From positions 699,344 to 763,343 of the forward strand of contig CAWFIF010000006.1 in assembly GCA_963815835.1 (NCBI GenBank): a stretch of 64,000 nt of DNA. The letters are read 5' to 3'. The notes under the pieces were generated by a model. That model searched no databases. It was not told the DNA's origin and saw nothing but the letters and a program-made list of their open reading frames with translations. Shown in pieces: positions 38,652 to 47,268 of this stretch (position 1 is its first letter; each line of letters opens with the position of its first letter). This DNA is from an uncultured delta proteobacterium (GTDB lineage Bacteria > Desulfobacterota > Binatia > Binatales > Binataceae). A program made the position numbers and the translations under genes.

Positions 38652-39400
38652 AGGTTCCCCTCGCGCGTGGAGGTGGGGTCGAAGAGCTGATACTTCAATA
38701 TGGCGCCGAGGATACCCCAAGCCGCGCCGATGCTGCCTCGAACGGTGCCGCTTATCTTCGATGAGCCGATCCTAGGATGATAGCTCACCGGCACTTCGGC
38801 GATTCGAAATCCCCTCCGCGCGCCCTTCACGATCATCTCGACCGGCCATCCGTAGGTGGATTCCCGTAGCCCCAGCGCAATCAGCGCTTGATAGCGTGCT
38901 GCTCGGAACGGACCGAGATCCGTGAGGCGGACTCCGCTGAGAAGAGCGATTAGGCGTGCTGCGACACGATTGCCGAACACGGCGTGCCACGGCATAGACC
39001 CCGCCATCCGCTCGCCAGCCAGCCGCGAGCCGATGACGATATCCGCAGCGCCGTTGCGCAGCGGCTCCAGCAGACGCGACATCTCCGCCGGCCGGTCGCT
39101 GTAGTCTCCGTCCAGGAACACGACCACCTCTGGAGCATTGACTGCGGCAAGGCCGGTGAGACAGGCGCGACCATAGCCCCGCCGCGGCTCATGCAGAACC
39201 TCGGCCCCGAATTGGCGTGCAATCTGTGGTGTTCCGTCGGTTGAGTCACTGTCGACGACAAGCACTTGTTGGACAATTCCGGCCGGGATATCCGCCAGGA
39301 CCAAGCCGATGGACTGCGCTTCATTATACGTAGGAATGACTACCGAGACGCGCACAGGTTCAGACTGGAAGCTGCGGCCAGCGCCGCGCGAGTGCGACAT
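38648..39400 (-). CDS. Family 2 glycosyltransferase (polyprenol-phosphate sugar synthase-like)
   Basis: VSVVIPTYNEAQSI, VVDSDSTDGT, VVFLDGDYSD (DXD), GSRLAG, TDLGPFRA. Confidence 0.85.
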   Translation of the reverse strand: MSHSRGAGRSFQSEPVRVSVVIPTYNEAQSIGLVLADIPAGIVQQVLVVDSDSTDGTPQIARQFGAEVLHEPRRGYGRACLTGLAAVNAPEVVVFLDGDYSDRPAEMSRLLEPLRNGAADIVIGSRLAGERMAGSMPWHAVFGNRVAARLIALLSGVRLTDLGPFRAARYQALIALGLRESTYGWPVEMIVKGARRGFRIAEVPVSYHPRIGSSKISGTVRGSIGAAWGILGAILKYQLFDPTSTREGNL

Positions 39401-39833
39401 CGACGGCTGCGCGCTTACCCGAAGGTCCGAGGGCTAGCGCCAGAGCTACGGCCATTGGAACCAGCAGTTCCCATATCCAGCCGATTCCCCACTCTGAGAC
39501 CCACAGCCCGGTCAGAAATCCAAATGCCACGAGCGCGGCAAGCCGGGAGAAGAAGCCGAGGATAAGCGAGACTCCGAGGCTTGCTTCAAGAACCGCCTGC
39601 CCAGGACCGGCTATCGCGGCGTGGGCCGCCATAAGTCCCATCACCTGCTTCCAAACTGCCGGCGCATGACCATATTGAATGTAATAGCGGATCAATCCCG
39701 CATATCCTTGGGCGTTGTATAGTCCTTTGCCAAGGTTCTCGAAGAACGTCGACACGAATAATGCGCCGAGCGTAACCCTGAGTATCACGAGTGTGAGGGC
39801 CGCATCGAGGGCGAGAAGTTTGGAGTTGCTCAA
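39360..39833 (-). CDS. DoxX/DoxD-like small membrane protein
   Basis: Four hydrophobic spans and an N-terminal LRVTLGALFVSTFFENLGKG pattern. TTG start overlaps the radical-SAM stop (TTGA). Confidence 0.55.
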   Translation of the reverse strand: MSNSKLLALDAALTLVILRVTLGALFVSTFFENLGKGLYNAQGYAGLIRYYIQYGHAPAVWKQVMGLMAAHAAIAGPGQAVLEASLGVSLILGFFSRLAALVAFGFLTGLWVSEWGIGWIWELLVPMAVALALALGPSGKRAAVDVALARRWPQLPV

Positions 39834-40876
39834 TCTTTGTGCTCCTTATGGTCTTGCGCACCGAACACTGTCGTGCAAGCGCTTCCAGCTTTCGGGAATT
39901 GTCGCAAGCTTCCGGCGTGGCTGGCAAACGAAGGCAGAGGCTTTCCCGCAACGAACGGACAAAACTCATCGGGCCGGTCTAGTCCTCCCCGCAGTAGCCG
40001 GCGGCTAGGGCAGCCGCCGCGGCACGACTCGACGAAGCGACAATTCGCGCAGAACTGCGGAACGTGATCCAGCTCGCGAAAACCCGGCGAGTCGACAATC
40101 GTTGCTCCCCATTTTTCAAGTTCGGCCAACCCAACATTCCGTTTCGGCCAATAGACGCAGGGCAGCACTTCGCCCTTCGGCGTGACACGGATGGTGCCCT
40201 TTCCGCAACCTCCCGATACAGCCTCGAATCCAAGAATCGCGCGCACGATGGGTTCATTGCAGACGGCTAGCGGACAGGATTCCAGCAGCTTCTGAAAGCC
40301 CGCCCAAAACTGCTCATAATCGAGTGAGAAGGCGTCCGTTTTAACCGGCTGATAGACATTTACCCGAAAATTTGTTCCGAGCCGGGCAGCAAGCGTCCCT
40401 ATCTCGGGAAGCTTGTCATAGTTGGTCCGCATCATGACGGCTATGATCGTGACGGATACTCCGAGTCTCAGAGCCCGTGCTGTCTGATCGAGCACCAGCC
40501 GCCAGTTCCCTGGACCACGCCAGGAATCCTGTTCCCGCTCGGTGGCGAAGTCCAGAGAAAACTCGAGATCAGCGAACGAGCGCAGCTCATCGTCACTCAG
40601 GACCGCCGCCGTGTAGCCATTTGAAGTCAGCGCGACCGTGGTGCCGCGGTCGCGCAGATACCGAAGGATCGCGTGAAACTCCGGATGAAGTCCATTCTCA
40701 CCGGTTCCAAGGTTCACCGATCGAACCGGCACATTTTCGCAAACGCGCCGAACGTCATCGAGCGACAGACGATCGATTCGACCTGTATCGCGATAGCAAT
40801 GAGCACACACGAGATTGCACTCATTGGTGAGCCCAAGGCCGATCGAAAAACCATTGCCGCTAGATTTTTCCACCAT
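39830..40876 (-). CDS. Radical SAM protein with C-terminal SPASM-type Cys cluster
   Basis: CNLVCAHCY (CxxxCxxC) near the N-terminus. GGCGKGTIRVTPKGEVLPCVYW and CANCRFVESCRGGCPSRR are SPASM-like. I prefer start MVEKSS (40876) over 40930. Confidence 0.8.
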   Translation of the reverse strand: MVEKSSGNGFSIGLGLTNECNLVCAHCYRDTGRIDRLSLDDVRRVCENVPVRSVNLGTGENGLHPEFHAILRYLRDRGTTVALTSNGYTAAVLSDDELRSFADLEFSLDFATEREQDSWRGPGNWRLVLDQTARALRLGVSVTIIAVMMRTNYDKLPEIGTLAARLGTNFRVNVYQPVKTDAFSLDYEQFWAGFQKLLESCPLAVCNEPIVRAILGFEAVSGGCGKGTIRVTPKGEVLPCVYWPKRNVGLAELEKWGATIVDSPGFRELDHVPQFCANCRFVESCRGGCPSRRLLRGGLDRPDEFCPFVAGKPLPSFASHAGSLRQFPKAGSACTTVFGAQDHKEHKD

Positions 40877-41093
40877 CTCGGCTCTATCACTGACGGACAC
40901 GACGATCCACCAACATTGCGGTGTTGGCACTGCGTCTTCGGTCCCCGATGACGGAAGATTGTCCCTGGAATTGCGGCAGAATTGGAGGTTCAGCGCCAGA
41001 AATTTCTGTCGGGTTAGACTCGGTGGCGGAGCAAGCAGACTCGGAATACAGGCGCCTTACTTATGGCCCTGATACGCTGATCGATTCATTTAA

Positions 41094-41264
41094 TTCCCTG
41101 ATGTCCGCGGAAATTTCCCTGCTCTTCAAAAATAATTCCCTGTTAGGAATTTTAGGGAATTTCGGGAGAAAGCATCCGCAGCTGCTGCGGTTTCTGACGG
41201 GTAAGACATCGAATCAGGCCCGAAATCGATGAACTTCCCTGTATTTTCCCTGTAGATCAGGGAA
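41094..41264. repeat. Array of seven TTCCCTG / CAGGGAA heptamers, three of them phased at exactly 21 bp
   Basis: Direct copies begin at 41094, 41115, 41136 (A(A/T)TTCCCTG) and at 41235, 41246. Inverted copies lie at 41154-41159 (AGGGAA) and 41258-41264 (CAGGGAA). 41246-41264 forms TTCCCTG-N5-CAGGGAA. Confidence 0.7.
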
Positions 41265-41558
41265 TTCGATACAGAGACTGGTTCGTAGCAGACTGCACCA
41301 TCCACACCGCAGTCTCTGGATTTCACGAATCCTCGGAGAATCGTTCGAAAAGGGCGCGGCTGCGCGGGTTTCCGCGCGGGTCAAGGGACCAGAGAACGTA
41401 GCGAATCCTGCATCCGGCCACGAATGCCGCGCCAGTCTCCGGGCCGCCATTTAGCTGGTCCCATCTGAGGCCACGACTTCTCCTTCAGGAGACCTTTGCA
41501 TACCTGCGGTGATGGTATCATTAAAGAGGTGGTTGCTGAGGAAGCGGAGGAGGTGGCG

Positions 41559-41825
41559 ATGAGTCATCGAAGTGTGGGGCAGTTGAGCTTGGCGGATCAA
41601 TTGGTGAAGCGGCGACCCGGACAGAACGAAGCGCTGGCGCGGCTGGCCGCGATGATTAAGTGGCGACCGATCGAGCGGGTCCTGGCTGCGGTTTACAGCG
41701 CCAGCGAAGGGCGTCCGTCGTATCCGCCGCTGGTGATGTTCAAATGCTTGTTGCTGCAGCAGTGGTACGCGCTGTCGGATCCGCAATTGGAAGAAGTGCT
41801 GGCCGACCGCCTGAGCTTCCGTCAA
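41559..41825 (+). pseudogene. N-terminal stump of an IS5-family transposase
   Basis: MSHRSVGQLSLADQLVKRRPGQNEALARLAAMIKWRPIERVLAAVYSASEGRPSYPPLVMFKCLLLQQWYALSDPQLEEVLADRLSFRQ is the InsH-type N-domain. Resemblance stops at about 41825. An IS5-like IR relative (GGAGACCTTTGCATACC) lies at about 41487. Confidence 0.7.
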
Positions 41826-42566
41826 CTTCGGTTTTCAACAATACGCGGGATGGGTTCGCATTCGGCCGCCCCGTCAAAGGCGCCACATCCTGGTTTCAGC
41901 CCGCCTGAAATCCGCGCGTGAACAAGTCCGATGGTCGGGTTACCCCACCGTTACGCCACGGACTAAATCACATCGAGGAGTTCTTGGCGCATGCCGCGCT
42001 GCATCGACTGGATCGGACAGCGGAGTGATGTGATTGTTTTGCGCCCAACCAGACACGATCGTAGTGGACTAATCGACCCTGCGCCGCGCCATGGCTGCTG
42101 CCCGCAACAGGAGCACCTTCAGTCAGCAATTCACAAAGTATCACGAGCCTCAATATCTCCAAAAAGAGAGGATTAGTGGATGGCAGAATTGCGAGCGAGG
42201 CCTGAGGGAAGGAAGTCAGCCTATTCGTTGGGCCCGTCGGTGGTGGCCAGTCTCTCGGATACGCTGACACCCAAGGCTTCTCCGATGCGCCGGGGATGGA
42301 ATCACGCGGAGTGGATTCAGCCTTGGAGCGACCATCTCACATGCATCGCTTTGTGTCAATGAAACTCATCACGCAGTTATACACAGATCGCGAAAGATAC
42401 TTAGCTGCGGAGGTTCATTCATCGGGCGCGGACATTGCGGTGCGCGTTCAAATGCCGACCGAACTGGTGGTCAATCCGGCATAATATGTTGCGGTACCGC
42501 GCCTCCTAGAGGAAACAGTTTCGATGGCAAGGTCTTATTGCGTATCAGCGCTATGGCGAAACGGTA

Positions 42567-42710
42567 CTCTAGAGGAGGGTGTTGAAAAATACAAACTGGC
42601 GCATTTCGCTACGTACTTACTGATCTCCAGTGATCTCAAGACTCTCCTATGCTTCGCTGTCGGAATCGACTTTTCCAAGTTCACCCTTTAATCAACACCC
42701 TGCTAGAGAG
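42567..42710. repeat. 19-bp imperfect inverted repeat pair enclosing 106 AT-rich bp
   Basis: CTCTAGAGGAGGGTGTTGA (42567-42585) versus TCAACACCCTGCTAGAGAG (42692-42710), 16/19 complementary. Confidence 0.6.
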
Positions 42711-42832
42711 TCTATCTTTCATCCCATTCGGGCCAAATGACTCATCCGGTTGATCTCCAGTTGCGCGAACCACGATCCTCCATAACGATGGGAAAGATCC
42801 TGTAATAGTGGAAAGTCCGGCGGAGAAGGTAA

Positions 42833-43888
42833 GTGCTGAATTTCGAACCAGGAGATCGCTTGCGAGGCGCGGCGAATCTCATCGCAGAAGCGACCTTGGT
42901 GCGCGATTACGCGCAACGTCCGTACCTACTCGATCGCTATGGGCAGAACGGCAAGACCAGGTATCGGCAGGACATTTTATATGATGTGGCGGCGCTCTCG
43001 GCCGCAGTCGATGCGGGCGATGCGGGAATGTTCTTGCGCTATGTTGCGTGGCTGAAGATAGTCTTGGTCCGCCGTGGTATCGCCTCCGAAGACATCTCCG
43101 AAAGCTTGAGTTGCATGCGGTCAGTGCTGGTTGAAGATGCGGCCAACGATCAGTCTATCGCCGCATCCTACCTCACGACAGCGTTACAAAAGCTCGATTC
43201 GATGCCCGATGCGGTAGCGAGCTTTATAGGATCGAGCAAGGAAGACGATATCGCGCGTCGATGTCTGAAGGCATTGCTTTGCTTTGACGCCGCAGAAGCA
43301 CGGAAGACCCTGGAAACCGCGATCGCAGCAGGAATGAGCTTGCCGGGGATCTACAACGGAGTGCTGCCACCGCTGATGCGCGAGGTCGGGCGCCTATGGC
43401 AGATGAACGAGATCAGCGTGGCGCACGAACACTATTGCAGCGCGGCCGTGCCAGCGATGCTTAGCGGCTTCTATGGGCGGATATTCGGCGCGACAGCAGC
43501 TTCCGGGCCTTCGATGCTGGTGGCATGCGTCGAGGGCGAGCATCATGAGCTCGGAGCGCGCGCCGTCGCGGACGTCTTCGCTCTGAACGGATGGCGCACC
43601 AACTTTCTGGGCGCGAACTTGCCGGCGCACGAACTAGTCAGACTGATGAAACAGCCGTGGTGCAAGCCGGACCTGATCGTGCTTTCCGCCACGATGTTGG
43701 CGCATATCGGGAAGCTGGCATCCACCATAGCGGCCATCCGCGCGGTTTCGAAAGTTCCCATTATGATCGGCGGCTACCTGTTCCATGAAAACCCCAACTT
43801 GGCCGCTGGCTTGGGCGCTGACGGATACGCTGACAACCCTGAGGCGGCTATGCCAACAGCAAACACCTTGGTAATGCGACGCACGTGA
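42833..43888 (+). CDS. Cobalamin (B12)-binding domain protein with N-terminal helical sensor-like domain; no DNA-binding domain
   Basis: GGAGAAGG precedes GTG 42833. B12-binding cap helices (LPPLMREVGRLWQMNEISVAHEHYCS). Rossmann part with EGEHHELG (D/E-x-H-x-x-G lower-ligand motif), LSATM and PIMIGG. Confidence 0.75.
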   Translation: MLNFEPGDRLRGAANLIAEATLVRDYAQRPYLLDRYGQNGKTRYRQDILYDVAALSAAVDAGDAGMFLRYVAWLKIVLVRRGIASEDISESLSCMRSVLVEDAANDQSIAASYLTTALQKLDSMPDAVASFIGSSKEDDIARRCLKALLCFDAAEARKTLETAIAAGMSLPGIYNGVLPPLMREVGRLWQMNEISVAHEHYCSAAVPAMLSGFYGRIFGATAASGPSMLVACVEGEHHELGARAVADVFALNGWRTNFLGANLPAHELVRLMKQPWCKPDLIVLSATMLAHIGKLASTIAAIRAVSKVPIMIGGYLFHENPNLAAGLGADGYADNPEAAMPTANTLVMRRT

Positions 43889-43892
43889 ACCT

Positions 43893-44192
43893 ATGAGCTC
43901 ATTTGAACCCAGGGTAGTCGCGATCTCCCGCTTCAGTGTCTCGCCGACAGCCGCGCCCGATATCGAGGCGCGTTTCGCTACTCGCCCGCGGCTGGTCGAT
44001 CGGCATGAAGGTTTTATGGGCTGCGAGGTTCTGAAGACCGGGAACGATCCTGTGACCTTCGTTCTGATCACGCGCTGGGAGAGCCGTGCAAAGCTTAAAG
44101 CCTATCTCCAGTCCGACGACTTCAGGTCGGTGCATGCGGGCTCTGACGAAGGGGGCGCGGACTTCAAGGTGTACGACCTGGTCGCGCAATGA
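43893..44192 (+). CDS. ABM (antibiotic biosynthesis monooxygenase / IsdG-like) domain protein
   Basis: 99 aa. VAISRFSV...FMGCEVLKTGNDPVTFVLITRWESRAKLKAYLQSDDF fits the ferredoxin-like ABM pattern. Starts 4 nt after the B12-binding gene. Confidence 0.7.
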   Translation: MSSFEPRVVAISRFSVSPTAAPDIEARFATRPRLVDRHEGFMGCEVLKTGNDPVTFVLITRWESRAKLKAYLQSDDFRSVHAGSDEGGADFKVYDLVAQ

Positions 44193-44243
44193 CTCGCCGT
44201 CATCCCAGCCGAGCCGCCGGTAGAGACGCGTTTCGGTGTCCGT

Positions 44244-44648
44244 TCAAGAACTCTCACCCATCCGGAGGTCGGTAGTCATTGTGTGCTGTTTTATCCACTG
44301 AGCGAGGAATAGCGTCAATTCGATGGTGATGGCAATCTCCCCGCGTTCGAACCGTTCCACAAACCTCCTTGCGGCCTCACGCAGCTCGTCGTGCTGTTTG
44401 ACGTGGTCCTGCGTTTGCGGGTACCCGGCGGCCGCCATCAATTCTTCTTCATGGGCGAAGTGATACAAGGTGTACTGCGTCATTTGCGCGAGAAGGGTTG
44501 CCAGAATGTCCGATCCTTTTGCAACCAGCATCGCCTGGTGAAGGCCATTCACGAGGTCGAACCACATCTGATGCTCCCGGTCGATCGTCACGACGTGCAC
44601 TGAGTACTGCGGGGTCCACTCCAGGATCTTTACCGGGGTGGTCAACAT
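44244..44648 (-). CDS. Bacteriohemerythrin
   Basis: LEWTPQYSVHVVTIDREHQMWFDLVN, YTLYHFAHEEELM and HVKQHDEL carry the His/Glu/Asp iron ligands in canonical order. Confidence 0.8.
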   Translation of the reverse strand: MLTTPVKILEWTPQYSVHVVTIDREHQMWFDLVNGLHQAMLVAKGSDILATLLAQMTQYTLYHFAHEEELMAAAGYPQTQDHVKQHDELREAARRFVERFERGEIAITIELTLFLAQWIKQHTMTTDLRMGESS

Positions 44649-44735
44649 ATTGAGAACCTACTTTCAGGACGTAACAATACGACAAATCCGAAATGCGACT
44701 GCTGCCGCGGGCCAACACCGGCCGGGGCCTCGGTC

Positions 44736-46514
44736 CTAAAAGAACTCCACGTTCTCTTCAAGTTGGTTGACCTTCTTAGGCGGCAATTTCGACTGCTCAT
44801 CTCGCGTGGTTACTTGCGCCGGGCCGATCATCCGCTTGGTTAGGCTTTCATGAACATCGCGCTCGGCTTGCATGGTGTAATGACTGACCAGGTTAGCTAA
44901 CCCACGATCGGACGTTTGGGCGCCATCGCGCGATAAACCGAATGGATTCGGTGCTGCGATCTTACCGAGCATCTCTTGTACGCGGCCGATAGCTTCAGCG
45001 AAGCGCACGCCCACGGAAAACCTCCGACGAGTCGCGGATAGGTCTTCGTGCAGGCGCTCTCCGCGTGCGATGACCTGGGCGATTTGAGCGAAACTGCGCT
45101 CGTTCGAATGTAGCTCCGCAATCGCTACACGCATTCCTTCCAAGTAGCCGCCCTGCCCGCTGCCCTCGCTTTCGGATGTAGGGTTGCCGTGCCCGGACAA
45201 CTGGGAGGCTGCCTCGCCCATAGAACCGAGCCCTTCGATGAGGGACATGGAACGTTGACTGGATTCGAGTGCCAGTTGTTGCATGCCGGCGGCTAGCACG
45301 CCGAGCGCATTGCCCACCGCACCGGTCTGGATTGCCTGAATGCGAGCGTTCATACCCATACGCCGGATTTGTTTTTCGATTGCCTGAATCTCTTGAATCG
45401 ACGTGCGCAGCTGCCCGATTTCCGCCGAGAGGTTGCTGCTGCTAGACCGAGTCGCAGCTTCCGCCTTGGCGCAAAGGCTGAGACTGGTCAGGATGGCACT
45501 GCATCCCTGCTCCAGCTGGAGGAAACAAGAGTCTTTGTCATCCGCGGAAAGGCCGCACAGGGTTCGGCCCTCATCGGCCATCGCCAGCACTTGGGTAATG
45601 ATCTCGTCGAGGCTGTGCGTAATCGACGCGACCGCGGCGGCGAACTTCTCTGCGGCATCGGCAAGTTGCGACGATTGCAATTGCACGATGGCCGCAGTAC
45701 TCGGGTCGAGGTCGTCTTCTCCCGCGTACTCGAAATAAAGACGCCGTAAAATGTGGACGACATGCTCAATCTGTTGCCGCGTGATATCGTGGAACTGAAG
45801 TGAGACCATCAGGTTTTTGAAGGCACTCGAGGCGGCGTCATACTCGGTCATTAGTCGAACCGCGGAATTGTGCGCGGTATTTTGCAGCTGGCGAAAGGTT
45901 GCGAAACTGGTCTGCACCTTGGAGACTACCGCAGGGAGTTCCTTCGCCAATCCTTCCTCCAGCCCGCCCACACTTTGCAGCGCGGTTTGGATTGAGGGAA
46001 TCAGCAAGTTCGCGGTATTCAGGACTTTTTCGACCACTGTCGCCAGCGACTTTACATCGTCGGCCAAGTGAATGAAGTCAACGCCTGCACTACCAAGGCG
46101 TGTGGTCTCAATCCGAATTAACACCCCGAGCATACGAAAGGTCGAGACGGTTCCCTTCAAACCTGCGAGAGACCCCTTCAACCGGCCTGCCCCGCGGCAT
46201 ATACCGCTCAAGGTCTCTATGCTTTGTTGGGAATGCGCTACCATGTCTCTGGAGTGACCCAGGGCGGAGGTCAGAGCCTCCGAAGTGCGCAGCGTTCGCT
46301 CGCCGGAGATCAAGTTTGCAAAAACTGATACGTCGGATGAAATCAGACTTACCGCTTCGATGAACTCCCCAAGCTTTCCGCCGATGCTCAAAAAGTCCTG
46401 TTCGGTGTCGCGATTCAGGAGATCGAGGGCCGCGACTACCTGACCAAGAGTCTCTCTCCAGTCGCCGGAATGGGAATCGCTGCCTTGGGCATCAGGTTGC
46501 TTGTCTAACTGCAT
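44736..46514 (-). CDS. Soluble, highly divergent chemoreceptor-like protein (two degenerate MA-tip-like segments, C-terminal NVEFF)
   Basis: Start taken at ATG 46514 (MQLDKQ) because the same ATGCAGTTAG overlap with the cheA stop recurs at 48229-48238. Tip-like segments are MLGVLIRIETTRLGSAGVDFIHLADDVKSLA and MGMNARIQAIQTGAVGNALGVLAAGMQQLALES. Also has LQFHDITRQQIEHV and ends ...QLEENVEFF. Confidence 0.55.
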   Translation of the reverse strand: MQLDKQPDAQGSDSHSGDWRETLGQVVAALDLLNRDTEQDFLSIGGKLGEFIEAVSLISSDVSVFANLISGERTLRTSEALTSALGHSRDMVAHSQQSIETLSGICRGAGRLKGSLAGLKGTVSTFRMLGVLIRIETTRLGSAGVDFIHLADDVKSLATVVEKVLNTANLLIPSIQTALQSVGGLEEGLAKELPAVVSKVQTSFATFRQLQNTAHNSAVRLMTEYDAASSAFKNLMVSLQFHDITRQQIEHVVHILRRLYFEYAGEDDLDPSTAAIVQLQSSQLADAAEKFAAAVASITHSLDEIITQVLAMADEGRTLCGLSADDKDSCFLQLEQGCSAILTSLSLCAKAEAATRSSSSNLSAEIGQLRTSIQEIQAIEKQIRRMGMNARIQAIQTGAVGNALGVLAAGMQQLALESSQRSMSLIEGLGSMGEAASQLSGHGNPTSESEGSGQGGYLEGMRVAIAELHSNERSFAQIAQVIARGERLHEDLSATRRRFSVGVRFAEAIGRVQEMLGKIAAPNPFGLSRDGAQTSDRGLANLVSHYTMQAERDVHESLTKRMIGPAQVTTRDEQSKLPPKKVNQLEENVEFF

Positions 46515-46935
46515 GCGGTTCGATCCGGGCTGCGGCACTTCAGCTCATTCAGGACCAGCATCACTCGTCCGCTTTGAATGATCGCGGCGCCCACGTCTTT
46601 GGCCACTACCAAGCCGCCGGCCCCCCCTTTTCGAGTTTGTGAACGAGCCATGTAATCGCTGACTACGACACGCGGCCGCGTGCGTCTCAGAATGGGACGA
46701 GTGTCCGCGAATGCGCGGCCCAAAGCGGAGCGCTGGGCGCTGCTCAAGGGCGCACCGGCTTTCACGGCCGCATTCAGCATTTTGAGCTGCTGCGACAAAG
46801 GCTCTTCCGGTTCCTCCTTCTTTTGCTATGGAGCCTCCGCCGCCCGCAGGGTGGTGAGGCCTCCCAGGATAGGCTGCAAGGACGGGGCCAGCAGGATCGC
46901 GGCAGTCTTGCATCCGTCGCGGTAACAGCGAAACC
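46505..46935 (-). pseudogene. Remnant of a second cheA (internal deletion, in-frame stop)
   Basis: ...GGLTTLRAAEAP*QKKEEPEEPLSQQLKMLNAAVKAGAPLSSAQRSALGRAFADT parallels CheA aa ~440-500 (RGLTTLSAAAQYRKNKQLAEPLAQQLLIIEDAIKAGAALSSDARSALVRAFKDT). It then jumps to GAAIIQSGRVMLVLNELKCRSPDRTACS*, which matches the CheA C-terminus GAAIMGDGRVVLVLNALECHSLDRALCS*. The kinase core is absent. Confidence 0.65.
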
Positions 46936-47268
46936 ATATTGATAACTTTAGATTATAGTAGCCTGAGATGCCGCTGTTGACCTATTTCGGGAAGCTTAGC
47001 TAGGACAGTATCAATTCCGGTATTGTCTTTTGCGAGTAGTATTCGTGTGGCTCGGGCAATAATGTTCATGTCGCCAAGTCACAAGATGGAAGTAGGCAGG
47101 CTGCGACAACGCCTATTACCTGGAACTACTCGAGAACGAGGATTTGCTTCGTATACCTTATTTGCGTGATCGGAGAGGATTGCTGTCGAGCCCAGCTCAT
47201 ACACCTCATTCACAAATACAGTCTCCGAAGATATCTAGAGTCGTCGAGCAGGTTCCTTCATACTTATA

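Noticed and set aside
40924-40939. TGGCAC hexamer on the plus strand as a second sigma-54 promoter
   Set aside because: The -12 position reads CTTC with no GC dinucleotide at the right spacing, and no plus-strand gene follows.
42480-42832. Cobalamin riboswitch upstream of the B12-binding protein gene
   Set aside because: No B12-box-like core is present and the region is AT-rich. Only a long inverted repeat is seen.
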